From contig OZ024740.1 of NCBI GenBank assembly GCA_964016885.1, positions 169,942,001 through 170,006,000 of the forward strand: 64,000 nt of DNA, in the 5' to 3' direction. Source of the stretch: Eledone cirrhosa. Its lineage: Eukaryota. The first letter of the stretch is position 1; every line of letters starts with the position of its first letter. A program made the translations under genes and the position numbers. Below the pieces are notes generated by a model that did no database searches, was not told the DNA's origin, and was given only the letters and a program-made list of their open reading frames with translations. Shown here piece by piece: positions 1-12,112 of the stretch.

Positions 1-35
<35 letters not shown>

Positions 36-429
36 TCCTCTCTCTTACATTCTCCCTATCTCTTTATCATTTACGTATTTCACATAATTCTTTATTTTTC
101 TAATGTTCACCCTCTCCTTCTTTCATACCCCCCCCCCTCATCTCTCTCGTTTCAATTCATCAACCTATTTTTTTAAATTTAATTTATTTTATATCGAAAA
201 AAAAGGTGAACAATAGCGTCGTTGGTAACAATTTCTTCAGAAGCCAACTATATTTCTGTTTGCAAGGATCGCAAGAGAAAGCCTGTAACTCTCTCATGAA
301 CGACACATATCAACAAGTGACTTTGTTCAAAAAGGAATAATTCCTCTTTCTTTGTTTTTTTTTATCGCCGATTTTGGCAGGCTCAGCTTGATTTGCTTAA
401 TACTAAAACAACAACAATAATAATAATTG

Positions 430-555
430 TTTTTACTTTATGCACAAGGCCAGCAATTTGAAGAGGAGGGGAAAGTCGATTATGTTGAACCAGTATATTA
501 CTGGTGCTTTATTTTATCGACCCCGTATAGATGAAAGGCAAAGTTAACCTCGAAT
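430..555 (-). mobile_element. SINE fragment (Octopus-type SINE body)
   Basis: The motif ctggtgctttattttatcgaccccg..gatgaaaggcaaagttaacctcg is shared with 47305-47435 and 61895-62085, and in reverse with 7900-7985 and 50990-51175. Confidence 0.65.
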
Positions 556-743
556 AATAATTTGCTTTTAAAAATCCAGTAAGACAAAGGTATTTGGAAA
601 AAAAAAAATTTAATATTAGTTTTTCTTTTTAATCATTTTTTAATGCAGAATCGCTATCTCCCATGTTTAAAAAACAGAATCCGAAGAAATCCAACCACCC
701 TACCGTACCCGATGGTGTACTTATTCTCATGCTCCGCCCATAT

Positions 744-822
<79 letters not shown>

Positions 823-827
<5 letters not shown>

Positions 828-1037
828 TCAGCGAGAATCGCATTTCGGCGGTTAGAAAAAGCGAAACGTAACGCAAATTCCGAGTCATGCTCGCAAGCGC
901 TCCATGGGCTAAAAAGACCAGAGCAATAAACATAGGTTATGAAGGCCATACAAACTAAGAAGGCGGTCAAGAAACCATTAACCAGCTAAGCCAAAAAACA
1001 AGTCAAGCTAAACAGGTCAGACAAAATAAATGACATA

Positions 1038-1077
<40 letters not shown>

Positions 1078-1115
1078 TATGTCATTTATTTTGTCTGACC
1101 TGTTTAGCTTGACTA
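823..1115. repeat. (TA)n-embedded dispersed repeat ending in a perfect fold-back centred on a TA run
   Basis: 1001-1040 (agtcaagctaaacaggtcagacaaaataaatgacatattc) is the reverse complement of ~1075-1114. 823-1040 is homologous to 55281-55480 (agcgagaatcgcatttcggc...caagcgctccat...). Confidence 0.8.
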
Positions 1116-1489
1116 TATATATATGTTGATGGATGTGTGTGGTGTATATGTTTGTGGGTAGGTGTGTTTGTGTGTTAGTTTAGGAGTTCGTTCTTCTTTC
1201 TGTCATTCTTGCTATAAACTTTTTTTCTCAGTTTGTTGCCCTTGTAAGCTTTCACCATAGGCAGACCTTCGATCAAAATCCTTTGATGGACCGAAGATTT
1301 GACTGCTATTTCCAGCAGATCGAACGACTATGTTATGTTTACATTATTGGCATCTTTCTGTGTTTTCTATCACCAATTCCAATATATTTTTCTCTTCATT
1401 TCCTCTCTACTCCAATCTTCCCCAACCATTGTGACGTTCTCTCCCCCTTCTCTCTCTGCACATACACAGACACACACACATATACACAT

Positions 1490-1536
1490 CGGTATGGATG
1501 ACCCTGTGTTTAACAGATGAAACTCCAGAGTAACCA
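1490..1536 (+). ncRNA. Degenerate type I hammerhead ribozyme
   Basis: ggt-aTGGATGA-ccctg..caga t-GAAA-ctccagag-TA-acc followed by aataaa. It has the same stem III (ctc-ca-gag) as the motif at 12645-12687, but the 5' core is mutated. Confidence 0.45.
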
Positions 1537-1611
1537 CTTCACCTTAATAAAATGAATATATATTTATATATATATTTAAAAGAATAGAGGTGTAACACAC
1601 AAGTTATTATA

Positions 1612-2128
1612 TATTGGTAAATGGAATAGAAAATGCTGACAAATTGTTCACAGTGAAAAATAGTTTAATTAGGAATAAGTGAGAATTAGTAATTGTATTG
1701 GTTAGTATTCAGTTTTGGTTTTAAGTTTTACCGGTTGCGCATTTCTAATGCTTTTCAAAAATAATTTTGAGATAGAGCGTCCGTGATGTTTGCTCTGATC
1801 TGATCAATTTTGGGAATTCTACCTGTTTTTATGTTAAAAAAGTGGCTCCAGCGGTATTAAAATAAGTTTTGCGCCAATTCGTGTTGCAAAAGTTCTTGTG
1901 GTCAAAACAATTTTGATTGGTCGGTAGAGGTCATGTGAATGTAAAAAATTGATTTTGCGCCAAATGTAGGTTTGTTTCGGCTGACTGAGAAATGACTCTT
2001 TCACAACAAATATGTGTGTGTGTGTGTGTAGTAGTAGTAGTAAAGTGTTCGTTGTTGTGATAATGGTCAGCAGGGATGTGTGTGCGAAACCGCAGCCTGT
2101 TGACAGTTCGAATGCCTATTAAGACAAG

Positions 2129-2215
<87 letters not shown>

Positions 2216-2262
2216 CAGAGTAATTCGTGGTAGAGGGATGGTCAGTAGGAATGTGTCTGTAA
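1612..2262. repeat. Left arm of ~640-bp inverted repeat (3' pLTR of PLE-1)
   Basis: Near-identical reverse complement of 5974-6604, apart from CA-repeat length and a few substitutions. Confidence 0.92.
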
Positions 2263-2322
2263 GTGAGTGGGGGATATTTTAACATGTTAAAAGATATTTT
2301 TCAGCTCTTGTCCTATAGGGAG

Positions 2323-2388
<66 letters not shown>

Positions 2389-2619
2389 CTCTTTGTATGT
2401 TAATGTACGCGTGTGTATGTGTGTGTGTATATATGTGTGTGTGTGTGTGAGAATGTGTGTGTGTGGGTGGACCAGTATTTTTTTCCTGGTAAAATGGTGT
2501 ACATTATTCGATATTTTCAGTAAAATCGATTCTCTCAATAGAACATCAAAAACCTTAATAATAAAAGGTGTGAAATGATATATAGTATTAGCATAATACC
2601 AAAGTGTGTGTGAGTGTGT

Positions 2620-3065
2620 GTGTGTGTCCAGATTGTACGTACTGAAAGGGGGATCCCTTAGGCCTTGCCGTATTGGAATACCTGTGCACACATATGTATC
2701 TGGAGTGTGTCCAGAAATTGTATACCTGTGCACAAATTGTATACTTGTGCACAAATTTTACACATGTATCTGGAGTGTGTCCAGAAATTGTATACCTGCG
2801 CACAAATATGTATCTGGAGTGTGTCCAGATTGTAAGGCATTGCCGTATTGGAATACCTGGGCACAAATATGTATCTGGAGTATGTCCAGAAATTGTATAC
2901 CTGTGCACAAACTGTACACCTGTGCACACACCGTACACATGCATCTGGAGTGTGTCCAGAAATTGTATACCTGTGTACAAATATGTATCTGGAGTGTGTC
3001 CAGATTGCACGTACTGCAAGGGGAATTCATTAGGTTTTGCCGTATTGGAATACCTGTGCACAAAA
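2620..3065. repeat. Complex minisatellite (~44-bp core) in the PLE-1 3' UTR
   Basis: Six copies of gtatctggagtgtgtccagaaattgtatacctgtgcacaaa, interspersed with tgccgtattggaatacctg modules. Confidence 0.85.
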
Positions 3066-3245
3066 ATGTATGTGCCCCTCAGTGTGCAATGCATGTGTGC
3101 GTTTATGTATGTGTGTGTGTCGGCACGTTTATATCTATAGACATCAGAAGGTATGCAAATTTGTGTATATTTGTGTTGTACCATAGAACATGTGTGTTTA
3201 CGTATGCCATTGTGTTTATATGTGTGTTTACGTATGTCATTGTGT

Positions 3246-5780
3246 TTATATGTGGGTAGACATGTGTGCTGATGTAGATATGTATGTTGACGTGTGTATG
3301 TTATGGGTTTGTCTTAGGGAGAAGTGTTTAGACGGGGTCCGTATTTGTAAATAAAGTAAGATTCCTTGCTGGGTGTGGGTGGCATTATCTTTAAATTTGT
3401 AGAAGGGAAAGATTCTGAAGTTGGGATGATTTTGGGCGGCACAGGTATCAATGTGTTCACTCAGTGGTATTTTCCTGTATTCCCGTATTTTAATTTGGGA
3501 TCTATGGACAGTCATGCGTTGGGGGAGGCTGTTTTTGGTCTGGCCTATGTATTGTTCTCGACAACCTGAGCAAGTTAATACATATATTCGATTTTCCGAT
3601 GCACATGTGAAATTGTGTTTTACTATAAAACGTTGTCCTTCTTTGAAATAGAATTCCGAACCCTCTATTAGGTTGATGCAAATGCCACAGTTGGGTCTAT
3701 CGCATTTTTTTACTGTGGGTTTTGTTGTTGTGGTTGGCAGTACTTTGGCATGAGTTAGGATATTTTTCATTGACTTAGATTGTCTTTTGCTCTTTATGAT
3801 ATCGTGTGTTCGTAGGATTTGGTTCATTCTATGGTCCTTTTTCAACAGAGGGATGTTCTGGAGGATGGTGTCAAAGGCCTCATTGTTGAGGGGGTTGTGT
3901 GTGGAGATGTATGGAAGAGCTTTTAGTTTCGGTTGATTTACTTTAGGGTGTCTAAGGTCCTGGGTACTGAGTTTTAGGGCACGTTGTATTCCATTGTCAA
4001 TTAGTGATGCAGGGTAGTTCCTGCCTATGAGTGTGTCCTTCAGTTCTTGTAGCCGTAAGTAGCAGGTGTTTTTATTGGAGACTATAGTATAGATTCTCTT
4101 GGCTAAGTTGTAGGGAATATTAATTTTAACGTGTCTGGGGTGGCAAGAGTTGAAAGGAAGATATTGCCTGGAGTCTGTGGGCTTGTAGTATATGTCTGTT
4201 TCTATTTTTTTGTTATGGATCTTAATGAGGATGTCGAGGAAGGGGAGTTGTTGATGGCTGTATTCCATCGTGAAGTTAATATTCGTGTTGAGCCCATTTA
4301 TAAGGGTGTGAAATGCTTTAAGTTTCTCGATGTTTTCGTGCCAAAGGATGAAGCAGTCATCTAGATATCGCTTCCAGTTCCTTTCTATGTGTAAGTGGAG
4401 AGTGTTTCCAAATTTGTTTAGGACTTTAGTGTAGAGGGTGATTTCCAGGTATCCCATGACTAGGTTGGCATAAGTGGGGGCTGTTTTCGTTCCCATAGCG
4501 GTCCCAGATCTCTGCCTGTAGGATTTGTTATTGAAAACGAAGTAATTGTTCTCCAAGATAAATTTGAGTCCCTCTATCACGAATTCTTTTTTGATGCGTT
4601 GTGGGAGTTCATTGTGGAAATTATCCAGCCAGAATTGGATAGCTTCTATTCCTAGATTGTGGGGGATGTTGGAGTATAGGTTGACTACATCGAACGTCAC
4701 TAGTAGGGTTTGTTCAGAAAGTGGCATATTAGGGAGGTGATTGAGCATATCTAGGTCGTCCCTTATATAGCTTTTGATGTGTTTGAGAAAAGGCTTGAGA
4801 AGGGTATCAATGAAGTTGCTAAGGCGGTGGGTTTCGCAAGCGGGGCCTGCTATTATAGGTCTTAATTTGAGATCATTGTGTGAGGGGACATTGATGACTA
4901 TGTCTGTGGCTTCCTTGCATGCCTTACTTAATAATTCGCTTTTATGTACTTTAGGGATACCGTAGAAAAGGCTGGATTTACTTGTGAAGTCTGTGATGAA
5001 GCTGAATTCCTTGTTAGTGAGTCCTTCTTTGTATTGGTTGATCAGAGTGTTTAGGTTTCTCATAATTTTCTGTTGATTGTAGTGTTCAGCCTTTTCGTAG
5101 TATGTTTCGTTTTCCAAAGTGGAGAGCGCTAAGTTGATATAGAATTCTGTCTCCATTAGGACTACTGTACTCCCTTTATCAGCCTCTTTAATTGTAATGG
5201 TTCTGTCGGTTTTTAATCTATTTAATTCTTCCCATTCTTTCTTGTTGAGGTTTGGCTTGTGTTTTTGTCTGTGCAAGTGTTGGTAAGGGAAGTCTGTGAT
5301 GTATTCACAGAATTCGTCCAGGATTTTATTTCTACCTTTTGATGGGGTGTAATTGCTTCTATTTCTGGCTAATGATTCATCCTCATTGTACTGGTCGAAT
5401 AGTTGTTCACTGAGTCGTAACTTTCTACAGAAGTCTGTGATGTCTTCCTTCATTTCATAGTAGTTAGGACGTAGTGGGGTCAGTGTGAATTTAAGACCTT
5501 TGGAGAGTAATTTGAGAAGGTTGGGTGTTGGTTCTGCACTAGTAAGATTGATAATTTTTATTACTATCGGTTTCTCCTCCCTGTCTTGTGTTATTTTGTT
5601 TGCCTGTATCTGTGTGCTGTGTCTAAAAATGGTTGGGGTAGAGGGGTTGTCTGCTGATGTTAAGTGGTCTCCTGTGTTTGTTATATTCCTTGTTGTTGTA
5701 AAATGTGGTTCGGGTTGGTGGTTGTAGATTGAATGGGGTGTTCTGTACTGCGAGTATGGGTGTGTGTTTCTATGTGCCAT
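3246..5780 (-). CDS. PLE reverse transcriptase + C-terminal GIY-YIG endonuclease (frame stays open upstream to ~5970; frameshift near the C-terminus)
   Basis: Motifs EADKGS, FYGIPKVHK, LRPII, FDVVNLY, QRSGTAMG, RYLDD, LPFLD, Cys linker CDRPNCGIC, RIYVLTC...YIGQT. The terminal KESYFIYKYGPRLN lies in another frame at ~3325-3367. Confidence 0.93.
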   Translation of the reverse strand: MAHRNTHPYSQYRTPHSIYNHQPEPHFTTTRNITNTGDHLTSADNPSTPTIFRHSTQIQANKITQDREEKPIVIKIINLTSAEPTPNLLKLLSKGLKFTLTPLRPNYYEMKEDITDFCRKLRLSEQLFDQYNEDESLARNRSNYTPSKGRNKILDEFCEYITDFPYQHLHRQKHKPNLNKKEWEELNRLKTDRTITIKEADKGSTVVLMETEFYINLALSTLENETYYEKAEHYNQQKIMRNLNTLINQYKEGLTNKEFSFITDFTSKSSLFYGIPKVHKSELLSKACKEATDIVINVPSHNDLKLRPIIAGPACETHRLSNFIDTLLKPFLKHIKSYIRDDLDMLNHLPNMPLSEQTLLVTFDVVNLYSNIPHNLGIEAIQFWLDNFHNELPQRIKKEFVIEGLKFILENNYFVFNNKSYRQRSGTAMGTKTAPTYANLVMGYLEITLYTKVLNKFGNTLHLHIERNWKRYLDDCFILWHENIEKLKAFHTLINGLNTNINFTMEYSHQQLPFLDILIKIHNKKIETDIYYKPTDSRQYLPFNSCHPRHVKINIPYNLAKRIYTIVSNKNTCYLRLQELKDTLIGRNYPASLIDNGIQRALKLSTQDLRHPKVNQPKLKALPYISTHNPLNNEAFDTILQNIPLLKKDHRMNQILRTHDIIKSKRQSKSMKNILTHAKVLPTTTTKPTVKKCDRPNCGICINLIEGSEFYFKEGQRFIVKHNFTCASENRIYVLTCSGCREQYIGQTKNSLPQRMTVHRSQIKIREYRKIPLSEHIDTCAAQNHPNFRIFPFYKFKDNATHTQQGILLYLQIRTPSKHFSLRQTHNIHTSTYISTSAHMSTHI

Positions 5781-5973
5781 GTTGGATTGTGGTGTTATAG
5801 GTGGCCTACGTTGTTGGTTGTATCGTCTGGTGTGGGTTAGTTGTATATTGTGGAAGCGAGAGTTGAGAAAATGGAAATTACCTTGCTGTCCCCTTGAAGC
5901 GGCGAAGTTGTTACATCTATCATGGTGGTGGTATCTTTTCCCTATGTGTGACGATGAGGCATCCGCGTAGTAG

Positions 5974-6026
5974 TTACAGACACATTCCTACTGACCATCC
6001 CTCTACCACGAATTACTATGCCACAG

Positions 6027-6057
<31 letters not shown>

Positions 6058-6146
6058 TCTTAATAGGCATTTGAACTGTCAACAGGCTGCGTTTCGCACA
6101 CACATCCCTGCTGACCATTATCACAACAACGAACACTTTACTACTA

Positions 6147-6206
<60 letters not shown>

Positions 6207-6604
6207 TTGTTGTGAAAGAGTCATTTCTCAGTCAGCCGATACAAACCTACATTTGGCGCAAAATCAATTTTTTACATTTACATGACCTCTACCGACCAAT
6301 CAAAATTGTTTTGATGACAAGAATTTTTGCAACACAAATTGGTGCAAAACTTATTTTAATACCGCTGGAGCCACTTTTTTAACATAAAAACAGGTAGAAT
6401 TCCCAAAACTAATCAGATCAGAGCAAACATCACGGACGCTCTATCTCAAAATTATTTTTGAAAAGCATTAGAAATGCGCAACCGGTAAAACTTAAAACCA
6501 AAACTGAATACTAACCAATACAATTACTAATTCTCACTTATTCCTAATTAAACTATTTTTCACTGTGAACAATTTGTCACCATTTTCTATTCCATTTACC
6601 AATA
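5974..6604. repeat. Right arm of ~640-bp inverted repeat (inverted pLTR of PLE-1)
   Basis: ttacagacacattcctactgacc...tattccatttaccaata matches the reverse complement of 1612-2262. Confidence 0.92.
6455..6490 (+). ncRNA. Variant hammerhead-like motif in the PLE-1 pLTR (second copy at 1726-1761, minus strand)
   Basis: ttt-TTGAAAA-gcatt aga aatgc-GCAA-ccgg-TA-aaa. It has U3/A8 covariation, a 5-bp stem II and a palindromic ccgg, but GAAA is changed to GCAA and stem I is weak. Confidence 0.4.
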
Positions 6605-6605
6605 A

Positions 6606-6663
<58 letters not shown>

Positions 6664-6808
6664 TTATTTACTTAGGTGTGTTGGTTTACTACTGGGTAGA
6701 ACTGGTCATTCCGTATGGTCAACCTCGATGTAATATTATGGAAAGCAATCAACGTAATGCAACTCACCCGGCTTCGTTTGTGTAGTTTGTGGTGCGAGTA
6801 CGGAGTTA

Positions 6809-7080
6809 ATTAATATAAAAATAACAGGAGACTGGACTGGTGTACTTGCTTGATAGGTTTATTATACTATGATCATTTCAATGACCGGGTTTAGTATGAA
6901 TCCGGTGACATCATCAGATATTTGAAATATAACATAGCAATACAATAGACAACATCCATGGGGCTGAAAAATGAGAGACATGAGGGCGACCGAATCTGCA
7001 GCATCTTCTACCCTGGACGGCCGCCCTCAAGTGACCTTTCAAGGAAGTACACCAGTCCAGCCTCCTGTTATTTTCATTAT
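6809..7080 (-). mobile_element. Short HHR-bearing element with inverted terminal duplication
   Basis: 6812-6858 and 7033-7080 are imperfect inverted repeats (aaataacaggag[ag]ctggactggtgtactt). A hammerhead lies inside and a TA run on the right. Confidence 0.7.
6862..6922 (-). ncRNA. Type I hammerhead ribozyme
   Basis: Minus strand: atat-CTGATGA-tg(tc)accgg..ccggtca t t-GAAA-tgatca-TA-gtat, then aataaa. Loop III is the palindrome TGATCA. Confidence 0.8.
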
Positions 7081-7184
7081 ATATATATATATAGTGGAGA
7101 GACAATACACAGACATACACATAAGCATCGAAGTAGCAGTGTCCTTAGAGCGAAGGACAAAATGCATTGCAGTATGGGTAAATT

Positions 7185-7850
7185 TATAATAGAACCCCTC
7201 CCTTTGGATTTCAGTGGTAAACTTTTTTTTCCTTGATTTTGTACTATCAACTAATCTAACCTCCAAGATGCTCACAATCAACTTTTTTTCTAAGAAAATT
7301 GAGGGCGAGGAGTCCCCTCCACGCCCATCCTCTTTTACATGTTCGCAACAGACCTTTCCCCCAGCAAACGGAAACCCTAACTCTAACCTTACACCGAAAC
7401 CTAACCCTAAACCTAATCCGGGTAAAAAGTCGACTGGGTGTATCTAGGGGGTCACATTAGTTGATAGCCCACGAAAAAAAGGCAAAAAAACAAACAAACA
7501 AAAAAAAGCAGGAAAAATTATTATTTCCCAGCAAACGCGAAAGGAGAGATGTGCAGATCGCCGAAACTCCGATGACTTTTTATCCTCTTTTACCACCTTT
7601 TTCTACAAATCTAGTCGTTTCGAATTGGTTTGGAGTTCAAATTCCTTGATAACACGCGAAAAAATAGAAATGGTAGAGTAAACTCTAAGGAGGAGGGTGC
7701 TCGGTGGGAGGACACCTCACCCTCTGTTTTCCGAAAAAAAAAGAAAAAAACCCTTATTGCGAGCATCCTATAGGTTAGATTAGTTGATTATTTGACAACA
7801 GAAAATAACGAGGAAAAAATCTGAAATCGTAGGGGGCGTTCTGCTATAAT
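7185..7850. mobile_element. MITE-like non-autonomous element with long imperfect TIRs
   Basis: 7185-7335 vs 7690-7850 are inverted (atcaactaatctaacct/aggttagattagttgat; gagggcgagg/cctcaccctc), with internal aaccctaa-type repeats. Confidence 0.6.
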
Positions 7851-8050
7851 AATATCGTAGTATGTATTTCGGCTCTCAATGTTTTAAAGTTCTAATGTTT
7901 TAAAATACCACCGTGGTCAACTTTGCTTTTCATTGCTTAGGTGTCAATAAAATAATATACTTGTCCAGGGTTATAGATTGGGATCATTGTTAGAGCATTA
8001 TGGTATCTGTTGTTTAATCATTAGGGAGTCAATGAAAAAAAGAAATGTTC

Positions 8051-8095
8051 CTACATCTATCCCCTCAAACTTTCAGTTTGAGGGGATAGATGTAG
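8051..8095. repeat. Perfect 21-bp hairpin with a 3-nt loop
   Basis: ctacatctatcccctcaaact-ttc-agtttgaggggatagatgtag. Confidence 0.9.
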
Positions 8096-9072
8096 AAGAA
8101 TTCAGTTTTGTTCAGACCTGGAGGTTGATGGTCTCCGGCAAGCTTAAAATGCCCAAGACACTCTGTGTGTCAGGAAGGCGCGCCTGTGACACCACCACGA
8201 GTAAAGGGCTCTTTACCTTTATCTACACTTAATCCATTGCAAACTTTAGCAGCACCACCTGATCTTTCTTTATCTTTATATATGTCAATTCTGTTGCAGG
8301 GTCTCTGATTCGGTTCTAGTCACGTCTCTTCCACCAGACTTGGAGGCCCTGAAAAGCGCCATGGGCCTTTTTTCTCCCCCACTTACAGATATTTTCCCAG
8401 ATATTTATTGTTATTCCCTGTCAGATTTCTACACGTTGTCTATGTATTCTATACAAAGTCTGTCTCTTCAAAATCGAATCACTAGTTACCACTCTTAGAC
8501 AACGAATTTATTTCGTTTATCATAAAGTTTTGATTGGGCCATTCCAGATATATCGACTCATGTTGCGTTCGTGCAACGATGACGGTGATAGTTTCCGCTA
8601 TATATCTATATATATCTATATATATATATGTGTGTGTGTGTGTGGGTGTGTGTATATGTGTGTGTGTGTGTGTATCACAACCTCCACCTATGGCATATAT
8701 AACTATCATCAACTAATTGATTTTCATTCATCCTCCCGCATTCCACTCCGTCTCCTTTTTTCTCTACTCGACTTATTTTTTCTTTCTCTCTGTCGGTGTC
8801 AGTCTACACTGTTTGCAGGAGTGCTTACTTTTTTTATATGTTTTCATTCCCTTTCTCTTTCTTTTTTTCTTTCTCTCTCCTCATCCCCTCTCTCTCTCTT
8901 TCTTTCTCTCTCTTTCTTTCTCTCGCTGACATACATATATCGATCTATCGATTAGACTTTTTCCAGCCTAACATCATTCTCTCAACGTCTTTCTCACTTT
9001 CAAAGTGTGTCTCAGAAGTTTTTCTACCTGTCTACCTACTTACATATCTATCTATCTATTTGTCTGTCTCGC

Positions 9073-9163
<91 letters not shown>

Positions 9164-9222
9164 TCTCTCTCTCTTTCTCTGTGTAAATGTGTATGTATTT
9201 ATGTATATGTATATATATATAA

Positions 9223-9314
<92 letters not shown>

Positions 9315-9318
<4 letters not shown>

Positions 9319-10150
9319 GAAAGGTATAGAAAACACTGCAGCGAAAAGCGAACAGCATTCCATAGTATATAAGTGACTATAGCGTCAAAATGGGAAAAAT
9401 AGTTAACGTAAGATGTGGGAAAAATAATTTAAACTCATCTCAAAGAGAATCAGGATATAAATTCATCCACAGAATTTAGTGAAATCCAGGGACAAATCAA
9501 TAGAGCCTTAACTCATGATAAAATAAAGTTCAAAATACCTATCCTTCAATTTGGAAAAACTTCAAATGCTCTGTATAGTCTTAAGACTATTTCATGAAAA
9601 CTTTCAGCGGAGATGGTCACGGTTGGAGTTCATCATCAGCAGAGCTCAACTCGATAACCAGGATTCTCGCAGATTAATATGCCAAAGAGAGAATTCTAAA
9701 GCTGGCCAGTCCAACATCATGCGTGATCACGAAAAACGCACATGAGGAAAAAATGGCTATTGACGTCAGAATGAGACGAAAGTTTGTTTACAAGAAACAA
9801 CAGTCAAAAACATTCCGAAAAAAACTCTACAGTAAGGAGTTCAGCAAAATGCAATATTATCGCAGTTTTTTATAAAAAAAACAAACCGGGATTAATCACA
9901 AATAATTTAAGCACTCGAGGAAAAATCCGAGTATAAATATATAAATGAAAGGTATAGAAAACACTGCAGCGAAAAGCGAACAGCATTCCATAGTATATAA
10001 GTGACTATAGCGTCAAAATGAGACGCTATAGTCACTTATAATATATATATATACAAAATAATATATATATATATATACATATATATATCACTTATGTATT
10101 ATGGAATACTGTTGGCTTCTTGCTACAATACTTTCTATACCTTTCATTTA
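9315..10150 (-). mobile_element. HHR-bearing non-coding element with a 628-nt direct-repeat period plus two inverted end fragments
   Basis: 9315-9392 is identical to 9943-10020. Inverted pieces lie at 10022-10040 and 10089-10150. HHR at 9568-9645; (TA)n flanks. Confidence 0.75.
9568..9645 (-). ncRNA. Type I hammerhead ribozyme (canonical)
   Basis: Minus strand: gctctg-CTGATGA-tgaa..ttca t-GAAA-tagtcttaagacta-TA-cagagc. Perfect 6-bp stem I and a 14-nt palindromic stem III. Confidence 0.9.
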
Positions 10151-10171
10151 TATATATATATATATATATAT

Positions 10172-10388
10172 AAAGAATTAGTATACCTACTAACATATAT
10201 ATACAGATGCATACCTATGCCAGCAAATATATAGGTTTTGTCTTAGTAACTTTGTGGTTCAATGCATGGGGATGCAGAACAATAATATGAGAGACGTAAA
10301 ATAAGAAAATTATAAAAATTAACTTACTTACTAAAATTTCTAAGTAAGTTAATTTTTATAATTTTCTTATTTTACGTCTCTCTCATAT
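10172..10388 (-). repeat. (TA)n-embedded repeat with terminal fold-back (family F; second copy at 29920-30131)
   Basis: atatgagagacgtaaaataagaaaattataaaaattaacttactta is followed by its reverse complement in both copies. Confidence 0.8.
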
Positions 10389-10493
10389 ATATATATATTG
10401 GGTTTATATTAAAATATAACCTAATGTTTGTTGAGTGAGTTGGTTACCAGTCAGAGATTAGCTTTAAACTATCTCTGTTATTGTATTAAAATG

Positions 10494-10607
<114 letters not shown>

Positions 10608-10621
10608 TACATACATATATT

Positions 10622-10724
<103 letters not shown>

Positions 10725-11171
10725 TGAAATGTACTAATTTTACTGGGTTCCTGTTGATAAGCACAGAAGATTTGGATATTTCACTTTTTATTTCAATTCC
10801 ATTTCGATTCTCTTTATTTTTCAATTCATGTACCATCGTTGCGAAACACATATAGGTTTCGAAGTTCAAATTCATCTACGGAGCGGGTTTGGATTTTGAA
10901 ATTTAGATTTGTTCAGGAATCACGGCCTTTGCCAATATAAGCTTGTCTTTATTGACTTATATCGAGACAGAGAAATTGTATTCACTTTAATTAGTTTATT
11001 TCATTAATAGCTAACTTTGTCTGTTACAATGCAAACACGTTTTGTGTTTATCATATATATTAATGTATTTAACTGCTCGGAAATGCCCCTTTCTTGGAGC
11101 TGATTTATTGTAAACGACTGAGAGTTTAATCTCAAATTATAATATAGTATATATATATATATATGTATGTA

Positions 11172-11323
<152 letters not shown>

Positions 11324-11704
11324 ATGTATCTGTGTCCGTCTGTCTGATATATCTACATTTTCACTTGTGTTAACCATTCCTTGAATTTACCCTGCTTATT
11401 ATCTCATTCAGTCTCTTATTCTCTTTCTCTTTTACGTCTTTCTTTTCATATGTTCTTTCACATAGGTGCATACATTCATGTCCTCATGTATACAAACATT
11501 TATGTGTATATATATATATATAACATCTCTGTCTAATGACCGATCCAGACGTATATTAATATTGTCTGGGATCCAGAAACCTTTCGTAATGGAGTAGTTA
11601 TATATTGTGTTGTTCACTTTCTAACTAAATAGCTTAGTTCTATACATAGAGCATTCTTTTTTTCCTTTGCTTTTCATTCGGAATTACCTAACACACACAC
11701 ACGC

Positions 11705-11861
<157 letters not shown>

Positions 11862-11879
11862 TGTATATAAATGAAAGAT

Positions 11880-12058
11880 TTGGGACCCCGATGGCTGAGC
11901 TCCTGCTGATTCAACATCTAGATCCGAACGTTCGAATCTAGCTGAAACGGCAGGAGCTCAGCCGTCAGGATCCCGAACTTTTCATATTACCTACTCTACT
12001 TCCCCAACTATCGAGTACTCTGGTCAGTAATGGTCTAACTGGTTTTTGCCGCCTCCAT

Positions 12059-12062
<4 letters not shown>
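11880..12062 (+). repeat. Family B: half-hammerhead fold-back element
   Basis: GAAA-cggcaggagctcagccg-TC plus tail ...tattacctactctact..., preceded by an inverted copy. Homologous to 20253-20445, 31479-31672, 38678-38833, 42471-42598 and 56050-56447. Confidence 0.75.

Positions 12063-12112
<50 letters not shown>

Larger units (their letters stand above)
1576..6604 (-). mobile_element. Penelope-like retroelement PLE-1 (Neptune-like), 5'-truncated, with an inverted copy of its 3' end at the 5' side; flanked by (TA)n
   Basis: RT + GIY-YIG ORF at 3246-5780. 1612-2262 is the reverse complement of 5974-6604. TA runs lie on both sides. Confidence 0.92.

Noticed and set aside
2588-3259. Overlapping Cys-rich ORFs and a CRISPR-like look of the repeats
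   Set aside because: This is a minisatellite whose spacers are themselves repetitive, in a eukaryotic context with no cas genes.
1612-6604. Reading the long inverted repeats as DNA-transposon TIRs
   Set aside because: The enclosed ORF is a PLE RT/GIY-YIG, is cut at one arm, and the arms end at different points, which fits an inverted pLTR.
7371-7420. Telomere-like AACCCT repeats
   Set aside because: Few and degenerate, and internal to a MITE-like element.
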